From Catajapyx aquilonaris (taxonomy: Eukaryota): a stretch of DNA of 64,000 nucleotides. Below are positions 48,722-62,652 of this stretch, one piece after another (within the stretch, counting starts at the first letter, position 1; every line of letters begins with the position of its first letter). The notes under the pieces are model-generated. The model worked only from the letters and a program-made list of their open reading frames with translations, was not told the DNA's origin and did not search any database. A program made the position numbers and the translations under genes. The stretch spans positions 1 to 64,000 of the forward strand of contig KZ538452.1 of the NCBI GenBank assembly GCA_000934665.2. The letters run 5' to 3'.

Positions 48722-51700
48722 GTTGTGTTCATGATTGATTGATTTCATTGAATTAATTAATTTATTAATTATTTCATTCACAATAACTTGGGTATTTGCT
48801 CTCAATGCCACCTTCTCACTACGTAAATAACATGAAATAAAGTTCAAATATATAGACTTGTAAGTGCAGATGAAAAGTGACGAGGTATTACACGGGAATA
48901 ATTTTCTCGCTCCATACAGTTGGAAATGTTGAAGCAGAGGGCGCGTGGAATTAGGGTATAAATCAAGTGAACGTTAATTGGCCGTTCCAGAGAGGGGGAA
49001 GTAGCAATGGACAGGCAATCGAGCGAATTGATTTTACTAAATGCACCATGTTGCGGTAACTATCTTGCATTAGTGTTCATCTTCCATGCTGAATGGGGGA
49101 CGAGGGCGAAAATTTCCGAAATTCCAGATTATCAACAATGAAAGTCCCGCTATAGCTCTCCGTTTATTCGTCTCCATACTTCCAGGTTTTTTTTTCTCCT
49201 TTGGTTGTAAAAAAAAAATCCTCCTTTTATCCGCCAGTGAGAGATTTTCCGTGCGATGAAGGACTATACAGTCATGTGGGTACCGCAATTTGCCAAAAGG
49301 ACAAAGACGCCATATACAGTAGATTACAAAGGGGCGTACGACCTTCCGTGCGAATTACGCAACTGAGTCCTGAGAAATTCACATAACCCAGTGGCTAGCA
49401 GACTCTACATCCCGAGTTACGTACAGCTTCCGTTTTAGCACCGGGAACGAAGATGCTGTTAAGCTTAGCTTTTCTATCGCCAAGTAAAATGTTCCATACT
49501 AGAAACTTTGTACGATTGTACGGGGGTGAATACATTTCGTATATATTGGTATTTGGGATATTACGTATTTTGTCCTAGGTTTAGAAATAGTTTTGCAGGG
49601 AGGTCAGTTGCTTCTGTATGGTGATTCTCTTGGCCTATTCCACAAGATATAGCAATATTAGGTTAGGAGGAGTTATTACGGTGTGTGTGTGCAGTTATAG
49701 CTCCATAATTATTCTTTACACGACCCCCTTGTGAATGTAAGGGAATATTATGTTGGGTAGAACACTCACAACCAGTGATAGTGAACTAACTAACCAGCAG
49801 GAATTTTCCTATATAATTCACATTGGGGTGTCACCGAAATATAATGGTACCTTCAGGCCAAAACTGATGTACAGTATAGAGTATAGTGGCATTGGAATAT
49901 GTTAAGCGTTAAGGAATATCTTCACCTGCTGCAGTTAGCGAACACTATATAGGGTGTTTAATGGGGGATAGGGAACACCAAGACAAACCCTTTACGTCAA
50001 TGAATGTATGTCCGTTGACGTCATCCATCGGAAACACGAGCTAATCCTATTGAATTGCAATTGTACTCTGCTTACACGAGCAGCCATACAAACACAACAT
50101 AAACAGTCGGCAGGTCTCAAATTCTTCGCCTTCTGTGACGTATTCCCCCTTAATTAAGTGCGTTTATGTAGGCAACTGTTTGGAAATTCCCTGAAACATT
50201 GTTCCAGATCCACGGAAGTGCACAAATGAAGGTTTGGAAAGCTGCGGAGGGATATAATTACCGTAACGAGGCTTTGGAAAGGCGTAAACTGCTGCATCCT
50301 GGCTTTTGGAATAGCATCCTGTGTGTATAGTCGCAGAGAGGCAGCAGCAGGGCCTGGCTCTCAAAGTGTATCGAAGTTTCCCCGTGCTTGGCATCGTCTC
50401 CCTCAACCCCCATTTTAATAATGAGATACTCAAACAATCCTTATCACTTTTATAAAAACGGTTTTCACCTGGAGTTTGTTGGGCGGGAGGAAATTAGGCT
50501 CAGATCGTCGGGGAGATGATGACGTTGTATCAGTTTCCTTGCGTGCTTAATAGGTCTCCAGAACACAGTAATCCAGCGGAATTACAGGCAGAGAGGGTTG
50601 CTAATCAGGTGAGTACAGGTCGGGCCTGAGCCGAGCCTATTCTCAGTTTGCAACACACACGCACAAGCGAAAAAACGCACGTTGGAAACGGTATTCTTGC
50701 TTAAATAGCAAATGGAGCAGAAGGCCTGCCAACATCATTCAAATCAGGTCGAATACTTTTTTACATGATATTCTGACACGCCTTTCTTCGAGACTGCCAA
50801 CCCCTCCTAAGGTAACCTCGACTTTATTTTGGCTTCAAAGCAGGCCGTGAGGTCACATGTATATTCTAGGAGCTACTAAAATTCAGCACGTGGCAACGTT
50901 GGAATTAAATCCGTTTTTTTATGTGTGCCTTCCTCTCCCATGTCCTATTACTGTTGGATGAATTTTGCGATAGATATTCTTTACGAGGAACCCTTGGTGC
51001 AGTTTTATGATCGACGTATTTCCCTAGTTATGACTACTATCCTTCAGATTAGTCATTAAGTTTACAAATAGGTCCTATCGTGCTGAAGAGCCCCGGTCCC
51101 TGATCATATGCTCATCTATATGCAGAATCTTTTGACTGGTTGAGACCACCCCGATTTCATGGGTCTGACATTGGCCTGTAATCAACCGCTCCGGACATTT
51201 GCATAAATAGGCGTCCATGGACCAACCCAAAAACGGTTCCAATCTCTTCATTTGGGAAATTCTCCAGATATATTGATCGATTAGGAATAACGAAAAAGTG
51301 GAGTACGTGAAAGTCATTACAGCCAAATATTTGATTCAGACTACGAATCTAATCCAGAGTTAATTCCGCCAATTTTTTTTCTTCTTCGGGGACAGATGTG
51401 TAATTGGTCCAAAGTGGAATGGCAATATTGAGCTAAGGAAGATTCCAGAATTGGACTGTATTTTTATCCGGTGTCTTGATGCGGCCTGGGGGGCCTGGGT
51501 GTGAAATTCGGAACGAATCTTGCACCTATAAAACCAGGTCGTGTATCATTTACAAAAGCCAGTCTTACAGTGCAGGTTAATTGGAGCCCGTAATTAAAAA
51601 GGCAAACGAGCACGTTTATTCCAAACCCACGTGGTCTTCGATGCAAGAGGGCAGAAAGATAGCAAAATGCTATCTTTGAACTGTGACATGAAAAATGGGG

Positions 51701-53185
51701 GCTTTTGCCACGAGCCGCATAATTACACCTGCAACGTGTAAATGACAGCGTGGAAAATTTGAATCGATAAATGATACATTTTTAATGCTTTGGTCTATCA
51801 CGTTGGCCGGTACTGTAGGCGAACGACCAGCTCCATCTCGCATCTAGTGTAAACCCTCTCTTATCAAGGCGTAGAAATATCTGACACCTGGTAACCTGCT
51901 CCAGAATCGCCAATTATGCACGCTAATTGTTGGCACCTGGCCCTCTTGCATGCAACAGTGTACACTGTATAGGTGCAGGCTTGACTTTTGAGCCATTTCT
52001 CATTTTTGGAGAGTCCTGGCTCCAATTTGGGCTGGGGGAGCCTAATTGTTTAATATGGAGGTAAGGGGGAGGTTATGTTTATACCAGGTGTGGCCTCTCA
52101 TTTGGAAGTTTGAATTGTGATGTTCCACACGCAATTCAAGCTCGGAAGCCCTTGTCCAACCTCTTCATGGTTCCTGCCTTCGACACTCTGATTGTCTCGC
52201 TGACCTTATGGTTTAAAATGTCTTGGACTCAAAATTGTAAAAATTGCTATATGAGCACATGATTTCCGCCACATCTATTCATTTTACAGGGTGCTGAACG
52301 ATGACAGCGGCAACTGGGCAATCGTATTTCAGGGTTTAATTGGCCTTGGCGAATGGGGAATATGTGGCCTTTGAAAGTGACCTTACGAATGCTTAATTTC
52401 TTATGGGTCATCCCCCCACGAATTTGATGTGATAAATTTTTGGCATTGGTCATAAGCAGATAGGGCAATTAATGCCGGCGCAATTAGGCTGGATGCACTG
52501 TAGGTCGGAGCTGCATCGGAAAGGGAGGGATATGAAAAGGCAGCCGCAGTTCATATCCCTGCCATCCATTCACATATACGACCTAATTGGTCATAAAAAT
52601 CACATTCACGGCAATACCGATTCTTCTCCAAGCGAAGCATTGGTTGGAAAGTACAGAGTGCGCTTTCAAATCTGTTCAAACTGCGCAAAAGTGACGGAGA
52701 AAGGAATCCAACGCCGCTCATCGACCTTCCAATGTTCGCTCGTATCAAAAATCGTATTCAAGTGTGTAGGCCTATTCTGCCACTTGTTTATTCACTTATT
52801 CGCAAAAACTTTGTCGTTAACGTATTTGTGCCACTGTCGGGTGTAGAATGTCAAAAGACATTGAACTCGGTGCAATGATAAAACACCTATTAAAAGTTGC
52901 CCTTTTAGAGCAGAATTTATAGAATAGTTCACTTTCAATTTTTCATTCCTATCATCCAGGTATGAAATTCATAAGTGAATGGACATTTCCACGCACGCCT
53001 GTTCCCGAGCCCTCGTCCTGATTGTGAATTCCATTTCTCGTGATTGATAATTCAGAGGTAAGCTCCCGCACAATGAGAACATAACAGCCCTTACCGAAAT
53101 TTTCTCTACCTCGCGGCGAGGTCGTCAGACGAGCTTATGGCCACCCAACCGCATACTAGCGGTTGTTTCATTTCGCTATGTCGCG

Positions 53186-53525
53186 GGCGAGGTGGTCGCA
53201 AGGTGGCGGTGGCGAGGTGGTCGCAAGGTGGCGGTGGCGAGGTAGTCGCGAGGTACCCACCTCGCCAGCCAAGGCAGTCGCGAGGTACCCACCTCGCCAG
53301 CCAAGGTAGTCGCGAGGTACCCACCTCGCCAGCCAAGGTAGTCGCGAGGTACCCACCTCGCCAGCCAAGGTAGTCGCGAGGTACCCACCTCGCGACCACC
53401 TCGCCAGCCAAGGTTGTCGCGAGGTACCCACCTCGCCAGCCAAGGCAGTCGCGAGGTACCCACCTCGCGACCACCTCGCCAGCCAAGGTAGTCGCGAGGT
53501 ACCCCCCTCGCGACCACCTCGCCAC
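53186..53525. repeat. GC-rich minisatellite: two 25-bp units then eight 32/43-bp hairpin units
   Basis: Unit GGTAGTCGCGAGGTACCCACCTCGCCAGCCAA starts at 53241, 53273, 53305, 53337, 53369, 53412, 53444 and 53487. Each holds GCGAGGT-ACCC-ACCTCGC. Some units have an extra 11 bp. Confidence 0.95.
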
Positions 53526-53950
53526 TATATTGATATTATATATAAATTAATTTCGGTAAGGAGACCTCGTCATGACGAGCTAGCCGCTACTTGGCGCCGA
53601 GCAAGTCATACTGGGGATGGGGAAGTGGCTTTTTCGCTTTTTATTATTCGCTTCTTCGCATGGTTGGTTGCTTGGTTTTCGTAGAAGTGGTGCCCGGCTT
53701 GTATGGCTCTTTCATACCGCGGATGGTCCTGCTCGCACCAAACAGCATTGCCATTTAACGACTCAGGCAAATTAATGTCACAATGAAGTACCTCGGGGGT
53801 AAATGAGCCGCATGCAGTGGAGTATCCTGCCACCTTTGCACATGGGTAATGGCCAAAATTTATTCGCATTGTCGTGGGGTAAATCGGTGCAACGATACAC
53901 CGACGGCAGCGCCATCTCCACGCGGGAAGCTGCCCCACATTCGAATAAAT

Positions 53951-54281
53951 TGCTCGGCGCCAAGTGGCGGCTAGCTCGTCATGACGAGGTCAGAAAAAGA
54001 GACTTGAGATCGCGGAATGACTTGCTCGGCTCCGAGTAGCGGCTAGCTCGTCATGACGAGGTCAGAAATTGAGACTTGACCTCGCGGAATGACTTGCTCG
54101 GCGCCAAGTAGCGGCTAGCTCGTCATGACGAGGTCAGAAAAAGAGACTTGAGATCGCGGAATGACTTGCTCGGCGCCAAGTAGCGGCTAGCTCGTCATGA
54201 CGAGGTCAGAAAAAGAGACTTGAGATCGCGGAATGACTTGCTCGGCGCCAAGTAGCGGCTAGCTCGTCATGACGAGGTCAG
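53951..54281. repeat. 72-bp tandem repeat, about 4.6 copies
   Basis: Units start at 53951, 54023, 54095, 54167 and 54239. Each contains the perfect palindrome CTCGTCATGACGAG. A partial inverted copy lies at 53563-53609. Confidence 0.95.
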
Positions 54282-57200
54282 GAGAATATTTGACAGCCGC
54301 GAGGTCCCGCGACGTGGCGGCTATCCTGAGGCGAGCTCGCCAGCTTCTGGCGACCTAGCGGCAAGCTCGCGGCTATGTTAAATTTTGGTAAGGGAGCGTC
54401 TCCATCATATATGCCCGACCCTTCAAAAAAGGGCGAAAAATCCCCATTATATCGTAGTAGGTATACGTCAAGTAGGTGGTTCATTAAGAAACGTTACCAA
54501 GATCAGCAAAGGCTTAGCTTGAACACACGAAAGCGCCAGAGCCTATAAGCGTCCAAGTGATAAAGCCATCTCACGTGCCGACGGCGACGAATACCATCGG
54601 AGAAAATCATTGCGGAAATAACGCGAGCCTAAAAATGGGCAGGGGGGCCCTCATGCGAGCGCACACTTGATCACGCAATGGGATGAGAGTCATAATTCGT
54701 TCTCTGCTACTGCATTGGGATGGATGGATAGGTAGGATGGATGGACGAATTTTGGTAATTGTCGTTCACAGGATTTGTAAGCGGCGCGCGATGGCGGCCT
54801 GCTTGTCACTACGTCCACGCGCCACCAGGAGTCGCCTGATTGGCTCGTTCTCCAAGTGAGGACATGTTAGCTGGAATCACGCGGGCGTCTTTGTCACTGA
54901 TGGATCCTACCCACCAATTGACAATTAAATCATTTCACATTTTCCCTTAATTTCTGACTTGCATTAAATAGGCATAATTATAATTAGAAGCTACTATTCG
55001 TAAAGCCAATATTGATACTTGGGAGGAAGATCCGAATCGTGTAAGAAAAATGTGTCTTAGAACGAAGGGTGCAGTAGAGTGGTAACCTCACCTCCCCGTA
55101 CCGAAAGAGGCCGCGCCCTAGATTCACACCCAGGTGAACTAATTGGGTCCTTCCAAACTTGCCGGCGCGTGAGCTAATCTCATTTCACTCTCTTCTTATC
55201 TCCTCTTTCGACACTCTTGTTCCACATTGGCGCTGGCCGTTTTCGGTCCCTTCCGTACAAAATTAAATTCCTAATGCGGCAGACTCATCGCGTTATAAGG
55301 GCAGACTGTATTAAAACCGATGTCTCAGCATGTGAATATAGACTCCCATTGCCTGGTAGAGAGTTTGAGCCGAATATCAATAATTAGCAGATTGTGACAT
55401 TAAAGGACGGACAAATTGGTGTGATTTTTTCGCGCCCATAATTTTGACATGTGTTTGTTTTTAGCGGTTTCAGATATCAGGGTTGTATTGATAACAGGGA
55501 AGGCGGAAACATTTCCGGGTTCCTTTTAATAAGGAAATGAGATTCTAAGATTCGTGCGATATAACGGCACTCGAATCAGTCTTTTGCGCAATTCTCGTGT
55601 ATCGTTAAATATGTATCAAACCGCGAGTGTGTAGTCTCCCCAAAACTGCATGGGATATTAACAACGTCCATTTTATATTAAGCAACATCTGCGGCTGCCT
55701 CACGTCGTGTCCAAGAGCACATTATTCATATCGAATGCATGTGTAATGGAAACGGAGGCTCCGAAACCACTCAAATTGACATTGATCCACCAGCGACATT
55801 TGGGCACACCCTGCCTTTATTTGGGACGAAAGTGTACTTTCATTACTGCGCGTAAAAGGAATACTGCTGGGCCAAAGCTTTGGGGGAATTGTAGCCACCG
55901 GGGAATATTTGAGAGGTGGCATATTCAACACAAATGCATTTCCCCATGCTCACCTACTAAAAATTAAAACCGCTTTAATAGCACTATTAGCAGGGGCACA
56001 AAAATCTCATTTGAACAAAAATTCAAGTGCCTGTATTGCAGCGCAGACATGTTGGGGAGGATATTAGTGCAGTAAGTGAAGTGTTTCAAGAACTTTTGCA
56101 ATATTACCTGCAAGCCTTTTTAAAAAGCACAGTACTTGCATCCTTTAAGAAATAGAATTTGTTGGATAACATCAGTTGCACTCGATATATCTCAGCATAG
56201 GTTAATGTTAGCCTACCAATAAATGCATTCATGTAGAAAATGAATTTGTGTCCAGTTTTTCTATCTGTGTGTCTTATTAAAGTACCTACTGGTGTGTGAG
56301 ATACCACGACGTCCTTCTCACACATCGATGACCACCTCATCGGTTTTTATTTACAATTGAGTTCCACTGTAACCGATTTTCCGGATTCATCGTACAGTAC
56401 AACGTCAGTGTCCACAATAATATTTCCCCTTTCATCGTGCTGCTGGCCAACTGTTGCCAACTCAGGCTCCCCCATCTCGTCTAAAGCAAACTCTCTCACG
56501 AGCATTTCCACCTCCCATCTGTTTCAATGCTTCATCAGAAAAAAAGTGCACAATCAGGTTACAAGAGCAGCATCAGCCGGCTTAGATTCCACTTTGAAAT
56601 CAGGTACGAATATCCTGGAGTAGGGATACTCCATCAACCCTCGTCTTGCATGACAAAGCAAAGGACCGGCACTTAGTGGTACGTAGGTCACTTGTCATGT
56701 CCAGGATGGCACTCGAGCTCGCACGGAGGGTGTCAGATTCTTGCGGGTAACTTATTTTTATGAAATCATCGGAGGAGCTTTACGAGTACCGTTATGAGCA
56801 AGGTTGTCGGCTGCCTCCCCTGGCGGGTGGGTAAGTGCATTAGGTAGTCTGGGCACGCCGCCAATGCGTGGCGTTGCGCGGCCTTGGAAACGGCGCGTGG
56901 CTGGCCACGGGAGCGCCCGCGGCCACCATGTGGCACCTTTACAAGACGGGGGTGAAACTCAAGAAAGGAAAAAAAAAGAGAAAGAAGTAGTAGTAAGGTG
57001 GTCACGCGCCTGGTTCCAGTCGGTGGAAGCCGCAAGTGATTAGTTGACGCCGGCAGCTCGTCTTTTTTGTGTTATGCTCCACTGCGTTTCTTTGCTACGC
57101 ATCCGTGTATTGAGGAGGGCTCAAGTGAGCTGTTTCATTATTAAAACCATCAATATTTTTTTCTGAACTGCCAATGTATTGAGAGTGACTATTTCAGTGT

Positions 57201-60200
57201 GTACGAATATAGTTTTTTTTTTTAAATTTGAAGAGACAGCAGAGTGGAAGGGACCAGACTGCCTCACCCTGTGGTATAGCAACTTTTCTCTCTGACATGG
57301 GTAGACCCTCTCCGGATCCATTTCGTTTCCAATTCAATGTGGTTGCCGCAACTTAGCGAGTCCATCACAAGGGACGCGCCAGCGTAAAAGCCTTCCTTCT
57401 TTATGCCGGCACCTGCTCAGTGGACCGTATAAGTCATTGCCATCATAAAGTTGGTGTGCATTTCTTTCACGCCTACCGTCACGTCACCACGCACGCGGCG
57501 CCATCAGCAGACATATTTCACTACTGCTCCAATTCAAACACTACTTTGAAAAGGATCCGACCTGACTGCCATTTCTCAACGTAATCACTTCCCAACAGCT
57601 CACGATATGCATCATTTGTATATCAGTTTTGTCGACTCCACGCGGAACGTGTCGTCGACGCCAATTCTTCTCCGGCGGCGCACAACCCGGTGCACATTGG
57701 CGATATCGTTTGAAAAATGTCCCTGCCAGTATAAATGGAGTCACAGTTGCGAAGAAAAGGACAGGTCTCACCTTGGCCTGACACCTAAAGCATGTATCCA
57801 TTTCCTATCAAGGTACAGTCTGCATTGCCATACCTTTCCGTCACATGTTCACAATGAGGGGTGGATCCTGCCGTGTCTCTGCGGAAATAACGTAACGGAA
57901 GTGGGTGGCTTTCACCAGGTAAACTGCAGCATGGTCAGTTACACATGATGTTTCGGCGCCAAAGCTCCAGTATATCGTAAACAAAGAGCTTCGGTGGCCG
58001 TCATGGGGGTGAGCCAGGTGCCTCACAAAACTTCATGCATGAGTAGAGGGGTGAGTGGGAGGGGGCCTTCTCTCAGCGGTTTTGACGGTGGTAATGGCCC
58101 TGAATTGGAGGGTTTTTTAAAAACGCTCCCTGGCCTTCGAACTGTTGAATATGCTCATTGACTGGGATAGTGCTGCGAAAGTTGATATTAGCAGGTAACT
58201 CGGGTGATTCAAAAGCAAACAGGCTGCAAAATGGGCAAATAATGCAATTTAGCCAGTGTTGGAATCCAGTGTTGGAATCCTGATGGCCAGTATTTTACTA
58301 GTTGTCATTGTACTTGTAATGTATATAATTTACTTGGAAAAGGTGCGCCAATAACTGTATGTTCTGTCCCTGTACTGTTGCAGTAATATTCGAGTGGTGG
58401 ATTCATCTAGTAGAACGACGGTAGATCCGCTTAACTAACAGCACAAAAGTAGTGGGCTCCATCAGATAAATAAGGCGATTGTGCGTAGCCAGGAGGTGTA
58501 TCCACTCGCAAAGGTCTGCCACACTGGTTGCACACATGGGCTTTCCCATTCTGAAAGGTGGGCACCCTTGTCCCTTTTTAGGCGATTGTGTGACGGACAA
58601 CCCTGGATAAGCAGCCTTGTTTACGTTCCACTTGATATTGTTATATGGAAACTACTGAATCATAATTATGACCTAAGCATAAGGAGACTGGGTGACCTCA
58701 AGGATGTTGATAGGGAAGTGGTCGTGTACACACCACAGTTAATTTGGGTTGTTGGTACTGTGTGTACCATGTTGTTGAGAAATAGCTCCACGCAAGTCGG
58801 GGGAGTGGGCCAGCCAGATTCAGCCTAGCAGAAACAAATGAAAAATGATGGCTTGGTTTGGGAGAAGTGTGGCCAGGTGGAGGATGTAGAGGGGTTCCGC
58901 TCAAGCGGCGTCTCACCGGAACTGTAGCATCTGGCAACCGCGTCTGCTGAGTGAGGACAGGATGTGCCATTGCTTTTGCCCGGACAGGACACGCGGGCTT
59001 CATATGCCACTTTTTGACCTTAAGACACGCTCTACTGAACATAATCCCAGTAGGCAACAGGCCGCGTGTTGTTGCCTTTGCGTTGTACTGTATACGTGTG
59101 TTATGTGGGCCGTCGGCCTGTCTTCCAACGACCCCGATTTCCGGCCTTCTTCAAGAGCGACTTGCGGCCTTGCCCGTGCAACTGGGCACCATCTAACTGT
59201 TGTTCAGTGAGAACGTTACGGAATGGCAGAAATAAAATTGAGATTGTATCTTGAAAAGATTTCAATGCGTCGTTTGATAAAGGGCTGCAGGTCTTCTCTC
59301 TGGACAGGTTGTGTTGTTGCCCTCGTTAGGGTTCTTGTTTCTTGTTTCACCTCTCCAATTATTATCAGTACCACCGTAGGGGACTTGATGGTAGGAAATT
59401 GGTCGGTGTGTTTACTGTCTCCAAAGTATCCCAGCTGACTACTGGCGATTTCAGTCATAATTATTTGCTCTGATTATTATTCCAGAGTAAGTAAAAATAC
59501 CATAGTAATTCGGATACTATTCAAATGCTGGACCTCGCGCTTATAAGATATTTGTTATTTATATACTACAGGCAAGACTGTAGGCCTACACATACTTGAA
59601 CGCAAGGTACTCTCACAGAAAATGGACTTTGTAAAGATAAAAAACGATGTCTTCAGAACTGATGGGGATTGATATTGATCTAAATAAATGCAATATTTCT
59701 TAAATAATATTACGTATTAATTCAAACATTCGGTGGCAGAAGTGACTTGATTTTGACCCGATGGAGAAATAGCCACTTTGGGATGGGCGGAAGATTTAAT
59801 ATTATTTTGGAGAAAATTGTATGGTATCAAATAAAGACCTGCATGAGGATGAGAGAAAAATGTATACCGTATAGCCTAATATTTTACAACTTGTTTCTCC
59901 TCGGCATTAACTCCAGTAGCTGGCGTGATATTATGTGGTGAAAACAGGCGGGAACGAAGTGGTTTGGGCAGGTTAATATTGGGCCAAGGTGGAACAATTA
60001 GGCCCCCTAATGAGGCTTCTCACCTAGAGAGAAAACGTAAATATCGAGCAACAGTTACAAATAACATAGCCCATATAAAAATAAAGTTATCAATGACTCG
60101 CTCGTGTTTTACTCCCCAGCTCTTGTGACGAAAGTTTGTACAATTTTCAGATAATGTGCCCTAATCTAGAGATTTGTCCCATCCTTCTAACCCTTAAAGC

Positions 60201-62652
60201 TACCTTCTCGAGTACAATGTACTGTACATGACCGTCAGTGCGATATTTACAGTGTAGAAGTACAGGCACAAGGTTCCAAACAGGTATCCAGGTAACCCGA
60301 TTTAACCGCAATTCCCAGTACACGGCAGGAACTCTTTTTTGGAGCCATAGATACAGCAGGCTAGGCATACAGGGCTTAAACGCGTTATTATACTGCATTA
60401 TGCAGGCTGTAGTATGTGCGTACGTATAAAAACAAAATTGATCTAGTTCATTTTGGGAATTTCAACTCATTCTGACGTTAATCGACTTTCAATTTTCGTT
60501 TCGTCACCACACTTATAACTACATATTACGGAATAACACGCTGAACAGACTGCTTGGTTGCATCTGTAGTTGAACCAACAGAATAATTCAAGCCATTAAC
60601 CATGGGTGACGTATATACAAGAATTGGTAGGCAATTATCTCGGTAGGCTAATGAAGCCGAAATTTGCAAAATTAACTTGAGAAGGTAACCGTAACGTGTG
60701 TATCGCCATTGTCGCAGTACTAAATGACACGAGTCAAATTTTGACAATAATAGAGTATACCTGTAGTTTGCTAGAAACATCTGTAGAGCTTCTAGCAGGA
60801 AATGCCTGGTACAGAAACGCTCTTTTGGATAGACCTCAGCACAGTGGAGGTATAGCCCTATATCACCGAGTCCATATAGCGACATGTAAATAAAATATAC
60901 GCCGCGAAACGCACAAATGCCAGGTTTGAATGAACTGCCAACTCCGTAAAATTGTAGTTGTGGACATACTTCATCATCCGAACTACCATTTTCACTGGCA
61001 CTGGCAATTGGCAATTGTACACCNCCCCCCCCCCCGTTCAATTTGCATCGACAGTGCACGTAAAGAATGACTTTTCGTTTAGCATGGGACAATAGCCAGG
61101 TGATTTCGAATCAATTTATTTCCGTTTACTCTATATAGCCTATCACTTATATTTTTAGCAGCCCATATAACCATATATTGTGAATATCCCCTACTCTGTA
61201 ACAAAGTGCTGCATTCGACCGACTTTTAGACCGAATCCAAAATTATCCGCGCGTAATTACAAGGCAACCCTATTTGCAGTTGCATTTCTCAGCGATTGTG
61301 TGTCGCGTCGTGATTACAAATCGCACCCAATCCTGCTGCGAACCTAAATCAGTCGAGCACGGCAACTGAAAAATTGCCCTTACGAGAATATTGTTGTTTG
61401 GTCTAACTCGTTTATCCTTCCTGTCGGGCGGCTGGACCGCAATTTCTGTTTGGTCCCCCAATTTCCTGCCACTAGCAACATTTTAAGTGGTCGTTTTTTT
61501 AAGGGGAGAGAGGACCGTCCTTTACCAACCCTCCCAAATCAGTATGAGAAGAGCTGCAACGGCAGCTGTAGACAGATAACGTTGCCTATACGTTCGGAAC
61601 ATTGATTTATATTGTTTAGATTTAGGACGAAACCTGGCTGGGTGATATCACATACGTCTTCTTTAGTGCATGTAAGAATGGGCTCGATTAATAGCTGTTG
61701 ATAGACTTACAATCGGGGTGAGTATGGCAGATAATCAATTGTGGAAAGAGGTACCCTCATCTTCAAGCCCAGGCATGAAGCGAGCTGGGATATGTATCAA
61801 ATTTCCTCTTCCGGAAGCCTGCATTATGTGCCTCATTTATCAATAGTATGCAGGCTATTGCCGTAGGCTGGATAGCGACCTACACTGGACGTTTCTATTC
61901 ATTTCAAATTGCAGAAACAATATTAGCAAGTGTGTATAGCAGCAGTGACACCTTTGCACAGCCGTAAATAAGGACATGTTATTTCTATGCAGTCTCAACA
62001 CCAGAGGTACTCAACATCATTTTCTTTGTGCCACGAAAACTTTTATGCCTGGCCAAGTGAACCAGTCGGGTGATTTACGAAGGATTACAACGCCTAGAAA
62101 TACAAAAAAGTTGGCTGCAAAGCCCCGCTACCAAAATGATAACACGGGGAGTAAGGCAGAACCGCAATGATGAAATCCTCGCAACAAAAGCCCCGCTGGG
62201 GACCAACAAGCTAACAAGCCCTAGCAATTCCCAACTCCTGGGACAGCACGTATGGGATACGCTCTAAAAAATGGAACCCTCCGAAAAAAAAACCACCCAC
62301 CCACGGGCACTGTTAATATTGTTGGTGTGGCTTGCTCGCCCAGAAGCTCCTCTGAGGTATACACGGGAAACCGAAATATCTCTGCCTTTCCCGTCATCGG
62401 TTCAAATTATTCGAGCAAACAAGTTTAATGAGGACATTTTTCTGATGGGCTTCAGACCCCACTGGAATCATCAGGTGTCAACATTAAATTTTGGCCTTGT
62501 CAATTCTCACAACTTGAATAAATGGCGGCAGTCACATGTCCCACATTGCAGATTAATATTGGTGTGATTTCGCTGTACCTATTGTGTCTTCACGATTTTA
62601 TTTATTGTTGTTATTGTGTATTTTATTTATTTTTTGTGCAATCTTGCGTTTA

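Larger units (their letters stand above)
53088..54394. mobile_element. Non-autonomous CCC-ended DNA transposon (EnSpm/CACTA-like) with subterminal tandem arrays
   Basis: 14-bp TIRs CCCTTACC(G/A)AAATT at 53088-53101 and 54381-54394. 2-bp TSD AG at 53086-53087 and 54395-54396. Short CCC TIRs, a 2-bp TSD and subterminal repeats fit animal EnSpm/CMC elements. Confidence 0.7.

Noticed and set aside
53106..53525. Repetitive ORFs (e.g. MARWSRGGYLATTLAGEVV...)
   Set aside because: They are translations of the GC-rich minisatellite, open in several frames on both strands.
53186..54281. CRISPR-like appearance of palindromic repeats
   Set aside because: The units are contiguous tandem copies with no unique spacers. 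There are no cas genes and the context is eukaryotic.
56347..56518. Protein-like acidic frame WEVEMLVREFALDEMGEPELATV...VELNCK*
   Set aside because: It is short, the acceptor is weak, and I found no recognisable family or partner exon.
60526..61092. 188-aa minus-strand ORF
   Set aside because: It spans an ambiguous base and a G-run, has no motif, and its composition is typical of a chance ORF.
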